64,000 nt of DNA from a virus (IMGVR_UViG_3300017780_003104:128001-192000); one strand, 5' to 3'. Counted from the stretch's first letter, positions 27,747 through 37,417 are shown. Notes: generated by a model not told the origin, from the letters alone. Numbers and translations are program-made.

Positions 27747-28058
27747 ATGATGATTAATTATAAGACATTAACAGTTCAAGAACTAAAAAAGGATTACTCT
27801 GAAAGACATGGATTTATTTTCCAAGGTCCAAATAGATCATCTGATAAAGCTATTGAACATCTTTGTAATACATTGATTCAACATAATATCACTAAGGAAT
27901 ATCCAGAATTTGTTGTTAGATTGGATGATCTTAATTTAGTCTTTGTATATCAAGACGATTTCGATGCTCCTCCATTTTTCCATAAGGCTGATATTGCAAC
28001 TCAAATGGGTATCTGTAAAATAGAATCCTTATCAATCTTCTTAAAAAAACAACCCTAA
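27747..28058 (+). CDS. hypothetical protein
   Basis: ORF track. Confidence 0.6.
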   Translation: MMINYKTLTVQELKKDYSERHGFIFQGPNRSSDKAIEHLCNTLIQHNITKEYPEFVVRLDDLNLVFVYQDDFDAPPFFHKADIATQMGICKIESLSIFLKKQP

Positions 28059-28064
28059 AATAAT

Positions 28065-28295
28065 ATGTATGAACTAATTAATCCCATGACTTATGGGCAA
28101 GCGGCAGATGTCCTCAATAGATGTGATGAAGATGATATTCCAATCTATATTGTATTGACAGACTTGAATAAAAACATTACCAAATTTCCAATTGATAACT
28201 TCCAAATGTTTAAGGAAGTTACTGGACATGACATTAATGAGATGTTTCCCTTTAGCTTTTCCAAAGATGATGATGCCGTATATATCGGTAATTAA
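28065..28295 (+). CDS. hypothetical protein
   Basis: ORF track. Confidence 0.6.
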   Translation: MYELINPMTYGQAADVLNRCDEDDIPIYIVLTDLNKNITKFPIDNFQMFKEVTGHDINEMFPFSFSKDDDAVYIGN

Positions 28296-28315
28296 AACCG
28301 AAATACACTTTGGGT

Positions 28316-29020
28316 ATGACAAGACAAAGACTTCTCACAGCGTATAATCCGAAGATTGCTAAGAATGAAAAGTATGGATGGAAGTCATTTGGCTTACATC
28401 TTGCACCTCACAAACTTGGTGGTAAGAACATCTGTTGTAATGCTAGTGCTGGTTGTATCAAGGCTTGCTTGAATACAGCGGGACAAGGTGTATATAATAG
28501 GGTTCAACAATCTCGCATTAAGAAGACTGAGTTCTTCCATTCAAACCGTGAAGAGTTCCTCCGCAATCTTTATAGGGAAATCAATGCCAAAGTAAATACT
28601 GCGGCTAAGACTAATGAGAAAGTTAGCTTTCGTCTTAACCTTACTTCCGATGTTGCATGGGAAACTGTTAAGCTTGATGGTAAGAACTTCATGGAACATT
28701 TCCCAACAGTTCAATGGTATGATTACACTCCTAATCTAAAGAGAGTTCTTAACTTTCTTACTGGTAAGTTTCCAAAGAACTATCACCTCACGTTCTCTCG
28801 TAAAGAAGATAACCAATCTGATGTAGAGATCGCTATGGGTTGCGGTGCAAACGTGGCAGTAGTCTTTGATGAGAAACTTCCTAAGACTTGGATGGGTAAG
28901 AAAGTCATTGATGCTACTAAGCATGACCTTCGCTTTCTTGATAAGAAAAATACCATTGCTGGTCTTATCGCTCTTGGTAAAGCCCGTAGAGATACCAGTG
29001 GATTCGTAGTGAAAGCATAA
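28316..29020 (+). CDS. gp88-like (CxxxxxxCxxxC) phage protein
   Basis: ICCNASAGCIKACLNTAG, FRLNLTSDV, QWYDYT, YHLTFS; ATG 6 nt after TACACT. Confidence 0.7.
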   Translation: MTRQRLLTAYNPKIAKNEKYGWKSFGLHLAPHKLGGKNICCNASAGCIKACLNTAGQGVYNRVQQSRIKKTEFFHSNREEFLRNLYREINAKVNTAAKTNEKVSFRLNLTSDVAWETVKLDGKNFMEHFPTVQWYDYTPNLKRVLNFLTGKFPKNYHLTFSRKEDNQSDVEIAMGCGANVAVVFDEKLPKTWMGKKVIDATKHDLRFLDKKNTIAGLIALGKARRDTSGFVVKA

Positions 29021-29021
29021 T

Positions 29022-29225
29022 ATGATAACTAGTATATTTGAAACAATACATCCTTGGCTAATGACAGATCATTGTCTTAGGGAAATGGATGGAGAAGAAC
29101 ACCAATGTTGTAATGATCACACTGGTTGTATATGGAATGATGGTCATAACACTTGTATGTTTGATATCCCGTCTATTAAACGATATGACTCTCCCCTTCT
29201 AAAGATTAAAACCAAAATACAATAG
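29022..29225 (+). CDS. Cys-rich hypothetical protein
   Basis: ORF track. Confidence 0.55.
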   Translation: MITSIFETIHPWLMTDHCLREMDGEEHQCCNDHTGCIWNDGHNTCMFDIPSIKRYDSPLLKIKTKIQ

Positions 29226-29229
29226 CAAC

Positions 29230-29475
29230 ATGATTAAGAAAGAAAAGAGTGGCATTAAAAAGCTGATCCACAACACCAAATGTCTTTTGATTAAAGACTA
29301 TGAGGCAAAGTTGGAATCCTCTCGGCTTACTAGGAAGATGATCTTAGAATCTACTCGCGGATCTATTAACCATTTCTATAACATGGATGGTGTTCAGATT
29401 CGTGGATACTATAAGCGTTCTACTCGTTTTAATAATGTTCTTCCTACCCATCCTCTACTTGTAAGATACAAATAA
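29230..29475 (+). CDS. hypothetical protein
   Basis: ORF track; promoter upstream. Confidence 0.6.
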   Translation: MIKKEKSGIKKLIHNTKCLLIKDYEAKLESSRLTRKMILESTRGSINHFYNMDGVQIRGYYKRSTRFNNVLPTHPLLVRYK

Positions 29476-29476
29476 T

Positions 29477-29719
29477 ATGAAACGTGGTCTTACTCTACTG
29501 GAAGTTGTAATTGGATGTGTAATCACATTAATTATTGCAACTCTCATGTTTTCTATAGTATCTAATATATTATCTAGCGAGCATCCTGACACTGATTTTG
29601 ATTATACCTATATCAATCCACAACTCGAAACCGCAAAGCAACAAAGGAAAATGGTGGAAGAACTCAAACGTCAAAATGATTTGATGGAAGAACGTATGCA
29701 CCGATTGGAACAGAAGTAA
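29477..29719 (+). CDS. prepilin-type N-terminal cleavage/methylation motif protein
   Basis: MKRG|LTLLEVV followed by a hydrophobic helix. Confidence 0.7.
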   Translation: MKRGLTLLEVVIGCVITLIIATLMFSIVSNILSSEHPDTDFDYTYINPQLETAKQQRKMVEELKRQNDLMEERMHRLEQK

Positions 29720-29720
29720 T

Positions 29721-29903
29721 ATGAAATACACTAAAGAACAAATCTCTAGCTATGTCTTGGGTTGGCTTAGTGCTGGTAATGAGACTCATGATTTCAATGA
29801 TGTCTTTGCTGCTATCAAGAATGCGGCTTTAATGGTAGATGATGCCCAAGATGGTATTGAGTCTTATGTTGAGAGGTTCCAATTGTATAATCAAAGGGAC
29901 TAA
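29721..29903 (+). CDS. hypothetical protein
   Basis: ORF track. Confidence 0.55.
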   Translation: MKYTKEQISSYVLGWLSAGNETHDFNDVFAAIKNAALMVDDAQDGIESYVERFQLYNQRD

Positions 29904-29927
29904 TTAAAACCGAAATATAATAAAGCC

Positions 29928-30326
29928 ATGTTGGAATCCAAAGATAAAAGATTAACTCGAAATATTAACCTTGCCAATAAAGAAGTTGAACTGTTTGTTG
30001 GATACTGTGACATACTTCTTAAGAAGAAGTTGAACCATACATCTTTGGGTGTTACAGATGCTGATGGTAACAAATTTTGGGATGTAAACTTCGATGGTGT
30101 TGGAATTATAGCCAATGAAGACTTTAATGAGTTTGAAGTTGGGCATGAAGTTTATTATCCCGGTAATTACTATGAACCAGAGTCTTCAGACTATGCGGAA
30201 GATGGTAAGTATTCGACATTAAGAGAAGCACTATGGGCAGTTCTTACTATCTGGTTGAAGTATGATTATAATAACTTTTTAGAATCACAATGGGCGGAAG
30301 AATGTGCAGGAGAATTAGAAGAATAA
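29928..30326 (+). CDS. hypothetical protein
   Basis: Promoter 6 nt upstream. Confidence 0.65.
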   Translation: MLESKDKRLTRNINLANKEVELFVGYCDILLKKKLNHTSLGVTDADGNKFWDVNFDGVGIIANEDFNEFEVGHEVYYPGNYYEPESSDYAEDGKYSTLREALWAVLTIWLKYDYNNFLESQWAEECAGELEE

Positions 30327-30333
30327 TAATTAT

Positions 30334-30699
30334 ATGGGATACTATACACTAATAACAATTGTCGTTTGTCATTTCGTTTTTGACTTTTTCTTGCAAACAT
30401 CAGAGATGGCTAAAAATAAAAGCTCATCTAATGAGGCTTTATCTAGTCATGTTATGGTTTATTCCGCTGGACTTTCCTTAATGGTAATGTTAAATTTTCC
30501 ATTGATTCATGAATGGGGATTCTTATTCATTATCATTAATGCTATTGCACACTTTGTCACTGATTGGGTAACAAGTAGGGCATCATCCGCTCTATATAAA
30601 GAAGAACGTTATCATGAATTCTTTACAGTAATTGGAGTGGATCAAATGGTTCACTATATCACACTATTCGGAACTTTCATCTGGTTAACAAACATATGA
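30334..30699 (+). CDS. DUF3307-like membrane protein
   Basis: HFVFDFFLQT..MA..K, H...Y, AHF..D, GVDQMVH. Confidence 0.75.
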   Translation: MGYYTLITIVVCHFVFDFFLQTSEMAKNKSSSNEALSSHVMVYSAGLSLMVMLNFPLIHEWGFLFIIINAIAHFVTDWVTSRASSALYKEERYHEFFTVIGVDQMVHYITLFGTFIWLTNI

Positions 30700-30890
30700 T
30701 ATTTAATATCACCAAAACTGTTAAATGTAGGATTTGTGGAAAGAAGGGTAAGACCACTTCTAAGGCATCAGTGGTAAGATCTCAGCTAAATAATAACATT
30801 ATTACAATGTGGCAACATGATGGTAGTAAAGCTGGATGGGAATGTAATGATGGGTTTGGTTGTAAGAAGTTAATTAAAACCAAACTATAA
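30696..30890 (+). CDS. small Zn-finger-like protein
   Basis: CxxC...CxxxxxC. Confidence 0.5.
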   Translation: MIFNITKTVKCRICGKKGKTTSKASVVRSQLNNNIITMWQHDGSKAGWECNDGFGCKKLIKTKL

Positions 30891-30897
30891 TCTGGGT

Positions 30898-31221
30898 ATG
30901 GCTGCTACTTATACAATCATTACAGAATTTGAAATGGATACTTTATTCAAGTCTGAGAAGAATTGGAATAAAGTAATTGAAGGTGGTGAATATGTTTACA
31001 CCTTTGTTCCTAAGAAGAATCCAGATACACTTGTTAAAGTGTTTTCATCTGTAACTCCTAATGGAGTATCAAGGAAATGTGGTGGTGATGCAATTAGGAT
31101 TTGTGCTATCAATACAAAGACTAATAAAGGTATCCTTAAAACTGGTCGTGTTAATAGAACTGCTGGTTGGGATGACCGTGTAAAGAATAAGGTGTTGGAA
31201 ACAATTAACAAGATTTGGTAA
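30898..31221 (+). CDS. hypothetical protein
   Basis: Promoter 6 nt upstream. Confidence 0.7.
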   Translation: MAATYTIITEFEMDTLFKSEKNWNKVIEGGEYVYTFVPKKNPDTLVKVFSSVTPNGVSRKCGGDAIRICAINTKTNKGILKTGRVNRTAGWDDRVKNKVLETINKIW

Positions 31222-31222
31222 T

Positions 31223-31441
31223 ATGAAAAAGAGATACATTCGGTTCTGGCATGGGTTTAGCCCTAATGATAAATTAGTTCAAAAGATTGCCACCTTTTGC
31301 CATCTGGAATTACATGACGGTAAGGAGTTTTATGCATATGATGGATCATTAGATGATTTCGAAAAGCTATATAATAGTAAGTTCATCGTCTTTGATGATT
31401 ACATTGCAGTAACTCAACGCAATACATTTGGACAACGTTAA
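31223..31441 (+). CDS. hypothetical protein
   Basis: ORF track. Confidence 0.55.
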   Translation: MKKRYIRFWHGFSPNDKLVQKIATFCHLELHDGKEFYAYDGSLDDFEKLYNSKFIVFDDYIAVTQRNTFGQR

Positions 31442-31523
31442 AGTCCTAATTAAAATCGAAATATAATTACGAAATGATTACTCCATATCTAGTAATGTAA
31501 CATTTCTATTATAAATAACTTTT

Positions 31524-31550
31524 GGGTCTTTCGTTCAACGGATAGGACTT
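31524..31550 (+). pseudogene. 5' half tRNA remnant after TATAAATA (31510-31517)
   Basis: GGGTCTT-TC-GTTC-AACGGATA-GGAC, then the structure ends. Confidence 0.45.
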
Positions 31551-31562
31551 TATTATATTAAT

Positions 31563-31637
31563 GGCATCGTAGCTCAATGGAAGAGCAACACCCTTCTAAG
31601 GTGTGGGTTGAAAGTTCGAGTCTTTCCGGTGTCACCA
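31563..31637 (+). tRNA. tRNA-Arg(UCU)
   Basis: Full cloverleaf; loop CT-TCT-AA; encoded CCA. Confidence 0.95.
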
Positions 31638-31642
31638 TCTAT

Positions 31643-31798
31643 ATGAAACTGGAAACACTTATACTTCAAACATTAGCTAAAGTTCGTGACCATGAGCTTA
31701 ATGTAATGGAAGCATTTGATATTCTTAGTAAAAGACTCAGTGATGAGTTTGATGAAATACATGATAAGTGGTTAGAAGAAATAGAAAACTTTGATTAA
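31643..31798 (+). CDS. hypothetical protein
   Basis: In-frame ATG downstream of tRNA-Arg. Confidence 0.45.
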   Translation: MKLETLILQTLAKVRDHELNVMEAFDILSKRLSDEFDEIHDKWLEEIENFD

Positions 31799-31801
31799 TA
31801 T

Positions 31802-31988
31802 TATGGCATTAGGTAAACCAGAACAAATAGAACATGCTTGGGATAGAACTAAGCGTGGTGGTGAAAAACGTAAATCTGCTTATCGTAAAGCTAATAAGAA
31901 AAATAATATTCGTGGAGAAAGACGTAGAGCTAATGCTGATCTAGAATATCATCCTGAGTATCGAAAATATGAAGGATGGGAGTATTAA
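31802..31988 (+). CDS. small basic hypothetical protein
   Basis: ORF track 31791..31988; start uncertain. Confidence 0.45.
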
Positions 31989-32012
31989 TTAAAACCGAAA
32001 TATAATAGTCGT

Positions 32013-32225
32013 ATGAACTGGAAACCAATTAAAGATGTTCCAACTGAAGGTTATCTAAAAGAATTACTGTTGTATACACCTAAAAGTGACAAGTATAGAG
32101 TTGGATACGCATTTCCAATTGATGAAGAGTGTAATCGTTCGCGCATTATGTTTATCGTAGGGTTAGACTTTCTTCAAACATATGATGAACCTACACATTT
32201 TGCCAATCTTACAGAGCCTGTATAA
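32013..32225 (+). CDS. hypothetical protein (WKPI...TH-type, DUF551-like)
   Basis: MNWKPIKDVP...PTHF. Confidence 0.55.
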   Translation: MNWKPIKDVPTEGYLKELLLYTPKSDKYRVGYAFPIDEECNRSRIMFIVGLDFLQTYDEPTHFANLTEPV

Positions 32226-32249
32226 TTAAAACCGAACTACAATCCGGGT

Positions 32250-32648
32250 ATGATGCATGCAAGTTATTTAGAGGCGATTTTTAATCGTAAAGCACAAGAT
32301 GAAGCTATTCGTAATATGAAGGCTCTTATCAAGGATATTGAATATGATGGATTTGTAGTAACCGGAGTTTCTGGTATTACTATGGGTGCTATCATGGCAA
32401 GATCATGTCGAAAGAAATTGATTATTATTCGTAAAAGTAATAATACCCATTCTGGGCATTCTGTTGAAAATTTTGATTCCGGTTCATATATCTTTCTCGA
32501 TGATTTGATTGCATCGGGACTTACGTTTAAAAGAGTGAAAAGAGAACTAAGGGACGCACAGCAACGATTTAGTTGGATTGGTAAAAAGGCACCCAAAATC
32601 ATTGGCAAGTTGCTATATTGTGATGATGCAACCTATAAAAAACTTTGA
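32250..32648 (+). CDS. type I phosphoribosyltransferase-like protein
   Basis: GVSGITMG, IRK, YIFLDDLIASGLT PRPP-binding loop. Confidence 0.7.
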   Translation: MMHASYLEAIFNRKAQDEAIRNMKALIKDIEYDGFVVTGVSGITMGAIMARSCRKKLIIIRKSNNTHSGHSVENFDSGSYIFLDDLIASGLTFKRVKRELRDAQQRFSWIGKKAPKIIGKLLYCDDATYKKL

Positions 32649-32672
32649 TTAAAACCGAAATATAATTTGGGT

Positions 32673-32903
32673 ATGAAACGACTTGTAAATGGAACTTATT
32701 TTTCCCCTATTGTCACAATAGATGGGAAGAAAATCATTAATGTATCAAGATATGGGAATCCTTTTGGTTGTATGTGGACTTGGAAAAATACCAAGACTGA
32801 ACAACATCCTTGGCACGTAAAAACTTTAAATGGAAAACACGCTTGCTTTTGGCCGAATGAAGGTTATAAGTTTGCCGCAATGGATTGGATTGAACATCAA
32901 TAA
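32673..32903 (+). CDS. hypothetical protein
   Basis: ATG 6 nt after TATAAT. Confidence 0.55.
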   Translation: MKRLVNGTYFSPIVTIDGKKIINVSRYGNPFGCMWTWKNTKTEQHPWHVKTLNGKHACFWPNEGYKFAAMDWIEHQ

Positions 32904-32936
32904 TTATATGTGGAAAAGTGAACGAAAATCTGTAAT

Positions 32937-33128
32937 ATGTTTGAAGAAATACAAGATAGTATTGATCGTGATATACTACTAAACGAAATTTATGTTTTTG
33001 TAGCAATGAAACATCGAGCATGTGATCCATGGAGAGAAGCCTTAGATGAATGGCAATCCAAGGTTGAACGTTTAACTGGATGGGATACTTACACAGAAAT
33101 CGAAAACCATAAGAAATCTATAAATTAA
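32937..33128 (+). CDS. hypothetical protein
   Basis: ORF track. Confidence 0.5.
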   Translation: MFEEIQDSIDRDILLNEIYVFVAMKHRACDPWREALDEWQSKVERLTGWDTYTEIENHKKSIN

Positions 33129-33148
33129 AACCGAACTATAATAACGAC

Positions 33149-33667
33149 ATGACAACGACTAATAAACAATTGGATGCAGCATCTGTCCGTGATAAGATTC
33201 TTAATGCTAAGGGTAGCTTTGTTAAGGCTGCTTGGAAGTCTAACCCTAAACCTAAAGCAGAATTTAAAAACATTCTTCTTGAAAAGAATACCGTTGCGGT
33301 TGTTCAAGCGGGTGTAAACTTTGCCAATCTTTCATCTGTTAAAGATGCTATTGCTGCTGGTGAACGTGGTGAAGTTCAAGAACTTCCTTGGGGTAAGTGG
33401 TATGAAGACAAGCTCACTGGTAAGAGTTGGTTCCCTCATGTTATTGAACATAAGGATGAACTTTACCTTCGCCTTTATCCTAGTCAGGGTAATAACCATA
33501 AGACCACTAGTGTATTCTATGCTGATGGTAAAGAAGTCACTAAGGATGAGTTTGCTGCATATCTTACGAATAGTGATGCTAAGAAGCTACTGGAACCTGA
33601 AAAGGATTTGCTCTGCTTTACTATCAAGTTGAATAATCTTCTTGATCTTCCGCAAGACGTTGACTAA
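33149..33667 (+). CDS. hypothetical protein
   Basis: Promoter 6 nt upstream. Confidence 0.75.
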   Translation: MTTTNKQLDAASVRDKILNAKGSFVKAAWKSNPKPKAEFKNILLEKNTVAVVQAGVNFANLSSVKDAIAAGERGEVQELPWGKWYEDKLTGKSWFPHVIEHKDELYLRLYPSQGNNHKTTSVFYADGKEVTKDEFAAYLTNSDAKKLLEPEKDLLCFTIKLNNLLDLPQDVD

Positions 33668-33682
33668 TCAATTTATAATTAA

Positions 33683-33913
33683 ATGGACTTTTTAAAATGT
33701 ATTGGTGGAATATTGGGTGGTGGAATCATGCTTACCACCATGATTATCATAGGAAAGCAAATGGTTGATCCAAAAAGTGATCCTATTTATAAACTAGGTG
33801 TTCTCGACACCAAACGAGAAGCATTCAATCATGGATTCATGACAAAAGAAGTTAATGAAAAAGATGAAGTGATCTATCGTTGGTTAGAGGCTCATAAATA
33901 CAACGAACAATAA
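33683..33913 (+). CDS. membrane-anchored hypothetical protein
   Basis: N-terminal hydrophobic helix. Confidence 0.55.
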   Translation: MDFLKCIGGILGGGIMLTTMIIIGKQMVDPKSDPIYKLGVLDTKREAFNHGFMTKEVNEKDEVIYRWLEAHKYNEQ

Positions 33914-33938
33914 ATTAAAACCAAACTATACTACTGAT

Positions 33939-34340
33939 ATGAGGATTAAAACAACTACAAAATCTGACCGAATTGAACTTTTAACCATCCTACTTAAGAT
34001 GGGTTATAAATGGCATGGTGATGATAATTTTAAAACATCTGGTGATATTGAATCCCGATATCCTAGTAGCAATTGGCCTTGTGTTGATATTGGTGGAGAT
34101 GATAATGAAGCTGATTACATGAGTGGTTGTCCTAATACCAGATCCACTTGTGAGTATCCTCAAGATGTCCTTAGTATTCTTAAACTATTGGCTACTGGTG
34201 ATATTGTCATCGAAGTTCCAAATATTGGAGACTACACAGCTAAGGTTCATAAAGATAAAATCGTGGTTGGTTGTCAGACTGTTTCATTTAAAGCATTTGA
34301 AGAACTGGTGAAAGCTTTCAATAAGCAAAATGGAAATTAA
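33939..34340 (+). CDS. hypothetical protein (VGCQT C-terminal family)
   Basis: Promoter 6 nt upstream; C-terminus resembles 46720..47286. Confidence 0.7.
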   Translation: MRIKTTTKSDRIELLTILLKMGYKWHGDDNFKTSGDIESRYPSSNWPCVDIGGDDNEADYMSGCPNTRSTCEYPQDVLSILKLLATGDIVIEVPNIGDYTAKVHKDKIVVGCQTVSFKAFEELVKAFNKQNGN

Positions 34341-34364
34341 TTAAAACCGAAATACAATAACGAT

Positions 34365-34598
34365 ATGAAAACAATTACTGTAAGTCAAGAGTTCTTCGAT
34401 GCTGCTATGTCATTAGCTTCTTATATTCACGAAACCGAGTATGATAATTATACAGAGTTTTTGGAGGATGGTAATAATTCCGAAGATCATGTTTACTATC
34501 AAGCATCTATCATTAATAGTGATGGTGATGATAGTGAAACTATTCTAGAACTGATTGAAGTAGACTTCAACAAAACACTAGATCGAACCATTAATTAA
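34365..34598 (+). CDS. hypothetical protein
   Basis: Promoter 6 nt upstream. Confidence 0.65.
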   Translation: MKTITVSQEFFDAAMSLASYIHETEYDNYTEFLEDGNNSEDHVYYQASIINSDGDDSETILELIEVDFNKTLDRTIN

Positions 34599-34621
34599 AA
34601 CCGAAATATACTGAAACTGTT

Positions 34622-34888
34622 ATGAAAACTGAAAATAAGCAAAAACAAATCGTGGTCAATGTCTCTGAGGAATCAAAGACTAAGATCAATTCACTTAAGG
34701 AAAAGTTCAAGGCTTCTGATAAGGAGTTCATTGAAGCGGTCCTCATTCTATTGGAAACTGTCTCTGATGAAAAATTTCAAGAAGCAGTAGAAAAGATCAC
34801 AGTTACTAAGCAAATTGCTAAGGTGAAAGCTCGTATTGCTAAACTTGAAGCGAAAATCGCTGAAGAAACTGAAAGTCTCGCTGAATAA
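34622..34888 (+). CDS. hypothetical protein (possible ribbon-helix-helix + coiled coil)
   Basis: IVVNVSEESKTKINSLK...SDKEFI pattern. Confidence 0.6.
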   Translation: MKTENKQKQIVVNVSEESKTKINSLKEKFKASDKEFIEAVLILLETVSDEKFQEAVEKITVTKQIAKVKARIAKLEAKIAEETESLAE

Positions 34889-34900
34889 TAGCAACATTTA

Positions 34901-34958
34901 ACCCATAGTTATCAATATAGTTTTTCATTTTTCATTTTCTATATTGATAATTATGGGT
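34901..34958. repeat. 20-bp inverted repeat at a convergent gene junction
   Basis: ACCCATAGTTATCAATATAG / CTATATTGATAATTATGGGT (one mismatch). Confidence 0.75.
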
Positions 34959-35699
34959 GATTGCTTGGCTTGAGCCTTTCATTATATTGTCAATCGCCCA
35001 TAAAGGTTGGAGATTGGTATAATGGAAACATTTCATCTGATTCTCCTCTATTGTTAAATCAAATGCCGCACAAGGAATTATATGATCAATATGCCACTCG
35101 CCGTAATTGTTCCATGTCATTCCTTCTGTGAATGATTTTTCAAGCCAACCCATCAAGAATTCAATTGAACAACCCACTAATACTAGAGTAGAATTTGATT
35201 TATATAAGACTGCTGCTCTAAGTCTGCTTCTTAGATTGTTCGCCAATCTTCTATGTGTGCGTTGGGTAGATTTACTGGTAGTATACATGTCAATATCCTT
35301 GTAGTGACGGGAACACAATGAATGGTTGGTTAGAATATCTTTATTTTCTGATAAACAATATAAAAGTCCGTCAATTGATATTGTCTTCCTCTTCATACCA
35401 CAATATCTCATTTTATTAAACTCTACAATAATTCTTGGGTTAGACACTACTCCTATCTGTAAAAGAAATCCATTAACAGAAACACACTCATATTCAACAT
35501 TTGTATCCAAACAATAAACGTGGAATATTTTATCTTTATGTTCCAGCTTAATAAATCTATTAAGGGAATGGATAGTTCTTCTTCTAAATTCGTTAAACGT
35601 TTTAACATTGTTGTGATTGTGTAATCCATAAGATTTTAAGAATGCTGGAGTCTTATTGACTTCAACCAACTGTTTAGTAAATGTATCATATATAACCAT
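34932..35699 (-). CDS. free-standing HNH endonuclease
   Basis: GMTWNNYGEWHIDHIIP...CFHYTNLQPLWAIDN. Confidence 0.85.
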   Translation of the reverse strand: MVIYDTFTKQLVEVNKTPAFLKSYGLHNHNNVKTFNEFRRRTIHSLNRFIKLEHKDKIFHVYCLDTNVEYECVSVNGFLLQIGVVSNPRIIVEFNKMRYCGMKRKTISIDGLLYCLSENKDILTNHSLCSRHYKDIDMYTTSKSTQRTHRRLANNLRSRLRAAVLYKSNSTLVLVGCSIEFLMGWLEKSFTEGMTWNNYGEWHIDHIIPCAAFDLTIEENQMKCFHYTNLQPLWAIDNIMKGSSQAITHNYQYRK

Positions 35700-35759
35700 A
35701 TAAATATTTAGTCAAAACGACGACAACAAAAAAACAAACAAATAACAAATAAAAAAACA

Positions 35760-35984
35760 ATGAATCGTAACACAAAACGCGCTCGAAAAGGTTCACCTAA
35801 AGATGGTATTGCTCCAGTGAGTAATCAAATTGAAATTACTATTGGCACTGGTGCTGGTAGGCAATTTGGTGCTCGTAATTATGAGAGTATTTTCACTGGA
35901 AGTGTGTGCAATACATCTCGCCCAGCAGGAAAACGTAAGTGGGTTGGTGCGGCTAAGGCTAGCGGCGGAAGTAATAATCAATGA
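35760..35984 (+). CDS. small basic hypothetical protein
   Basis: ORF track. Confidence 0.55.
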   Translation: MNRNTKRARKGSPKDGIAPVSNQIEITIGTGAGRQFGARNYESIFTGSVCNTSRPAGKRKWVGAAKASGGSNNQ

Positions 35985-36322
35985 GATATTTCAGATATAT
36001 AACTGATCTACCATTTTGGGTAGGACTGCCAATATTTTTAACTGGTAGCTTGCTCGTATCATTTGGTTTATTCCTTTATATATTCGGAGTAATTATGTGT
36101 CTGTTTGGTTGCTGGACATTCTCTAAGAATCTTAAAGAAGATCCTTATGCCAGTAGTGGTCAAGCCATTGTATGCTTACCGCTGATGGCGATTGTCTTGT
36201 GGGTTTCCACTAACCAATTCATGGATACATATATTATTGTAACTTTTGGCACACTATATGTTATGCGAACTGCTATCGCATTATATTTAGGATTTTGGGG
36301 ATTCCAAGGATTTAGAAAATGA
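35981..36322 (+). CDS. membrane protein
   Basis: Multiple hydrophobic helices. Confidence 0.6.
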   Translation: MRYFRYITDLPFWVGLPIFLTGSLLVSFGLFLYIFGVIMCLFGCWTFSKNLKEDPYASSGQAIVCLPLMAIVLWVSTNQFMDTYIIVTFGTLYVMRTAIALYLGFWGFQGFRK

Positions 36323-36564
36323 GTAATTATAGACTACCAAAAATTCCAGTTCGACCAAAGAAAACCGAAAGGGAATATGCAATTGAACTAGCTACAAGTC
36401 TCCACTCTAAACAATGTAGGTGGAACCATACTGATGGTTGTAGTTGGCATTATAGCAATTGGGATAATCCTTGTGGACCTAGAAAGTCATATCTCGAAAA
36501 GGCATACAAACTTCTATCTAAGAATGATATTCATACTATCAATTCCGTATTATCAAATATATGA
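36319..36564 (+). CDS. hypothetical protein
   Basis: ORF track; H..C.WNHTDGC.W motif. Confidence 0.6.
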   Translation: MSNYRLPKIPVRPKKTEREYAIELATSLHSKQCRWNHTDGCSWHYSNWDNPCGPRKSYLEKAYKLLSKNDIHTINSVLSNI

Positions 36565-36716
36565 AAAGTAAATCAGCTGTTGTTATTTGGAATGCTATAG
36601 TATCTTTAGTTCCTATAGTATTACCATTGATTGTTCAACATAAAGACTTAATTATCAAAACTGCTAAGAAGGTAAAAGTTGGATGATATTAATTAAAACC
36701 AAACTACAATAATACC

Positions 36717-37004
36717 ATGAGAAAGATTAGTGAAGAAGCTGCCGATGCTCTTATCTTTGGATATAAGTATAAGAAGTCTAATACCGAAGTAGTGGTGATT
36801 GGCAATTCTACCTATCTCAAACTTCATGGCAATACAATTGCTCGTAAGATTGGTGGTGAGCTTACTATTACGATGGCGGGATGGTTTACTAACTTAACAA
36901 AGGAAAGGCTTAATGCTCTTCCTGTGGGAGTGCGAATCAATTCCTCAAATGGTCAATATTATCTTAATGGAACTCCTTGGGATGGTGAATGGATTAAAAT
37001 TTAA
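36717..37004 (+). CDS. hypothetical protein
   Basis: Promoter 6 nt upstream. Confidence 0.7.
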   Translation: MRKISEEAADALIFGYKYKKSNTEVVVIGNSTYLKLHGNTIARKIGGELTITMAGWFTNLTKERLNALPVGVRINSSNGQYYLNGTPWDGEWIKI

Positions 37005-37034
37005 TTACAATCAACCAGTTAGGAGATGTAGGTA

Positions 37035-37223
37035 ATGAAGACATATAAGATTGAATCTTTTAGCGTTGGTGGATCGTCAGGATCTTATTGGGAAACATAT
37101 TATTCCACTGGTAAGAATATAAAAGAAGCAAAAGCTAATCTTGTTAAAAAGGTTGGATGCACTAAAGACTATTTTGATGATCGAGAATATAACAAAATCA
37201 CAATGATTAAAACCGAAGTATAA
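37035..37223 (+). CDS. hypothetical protein
   Basis: ORF track. Confidence 0.55.
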   Translation: MKTYKIESFSVGGSSGSYWETYYSTGKNIKEAKANLVKKVGCTKDYFDDREYNKITMIKTEV

Positions 37224-37230
37224 TTTGATT

Positions 37231-37416
37231 ATGAAAGAGAAGATCGAAGAAATTATCCTAGCATATCAGAATGATATTACAGAATATATGCAATCTTGTA
37301 TTAGTTTAAATAATTATCAATTTGATATTGATTATAAATTGAATGAAATGAAACTAGAAATCCTTGAATTGTTAGAGGATGAAGATTGTTTGAATTATAT
37401 CGATTATCTAAACTAA
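37231..37416 (+). CDS. hypothetical protein
   Basis: ATG 6 nt after TATAAT. Confidence 0.55.
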   Translation: MKEKIEEIILAYQNDITEYMQSCISLNNYQFDIDYKLNEMKLEILELLEDEDCLNYIDYLN

Positions 37417-37417
37417 T

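Noticed and set aside
31577-31642. N-terminal extension of the track ORF 31577..31798
   Set aside because: It overlaps a canonical tRNA-Arg; the start is more likely ATG 31643.
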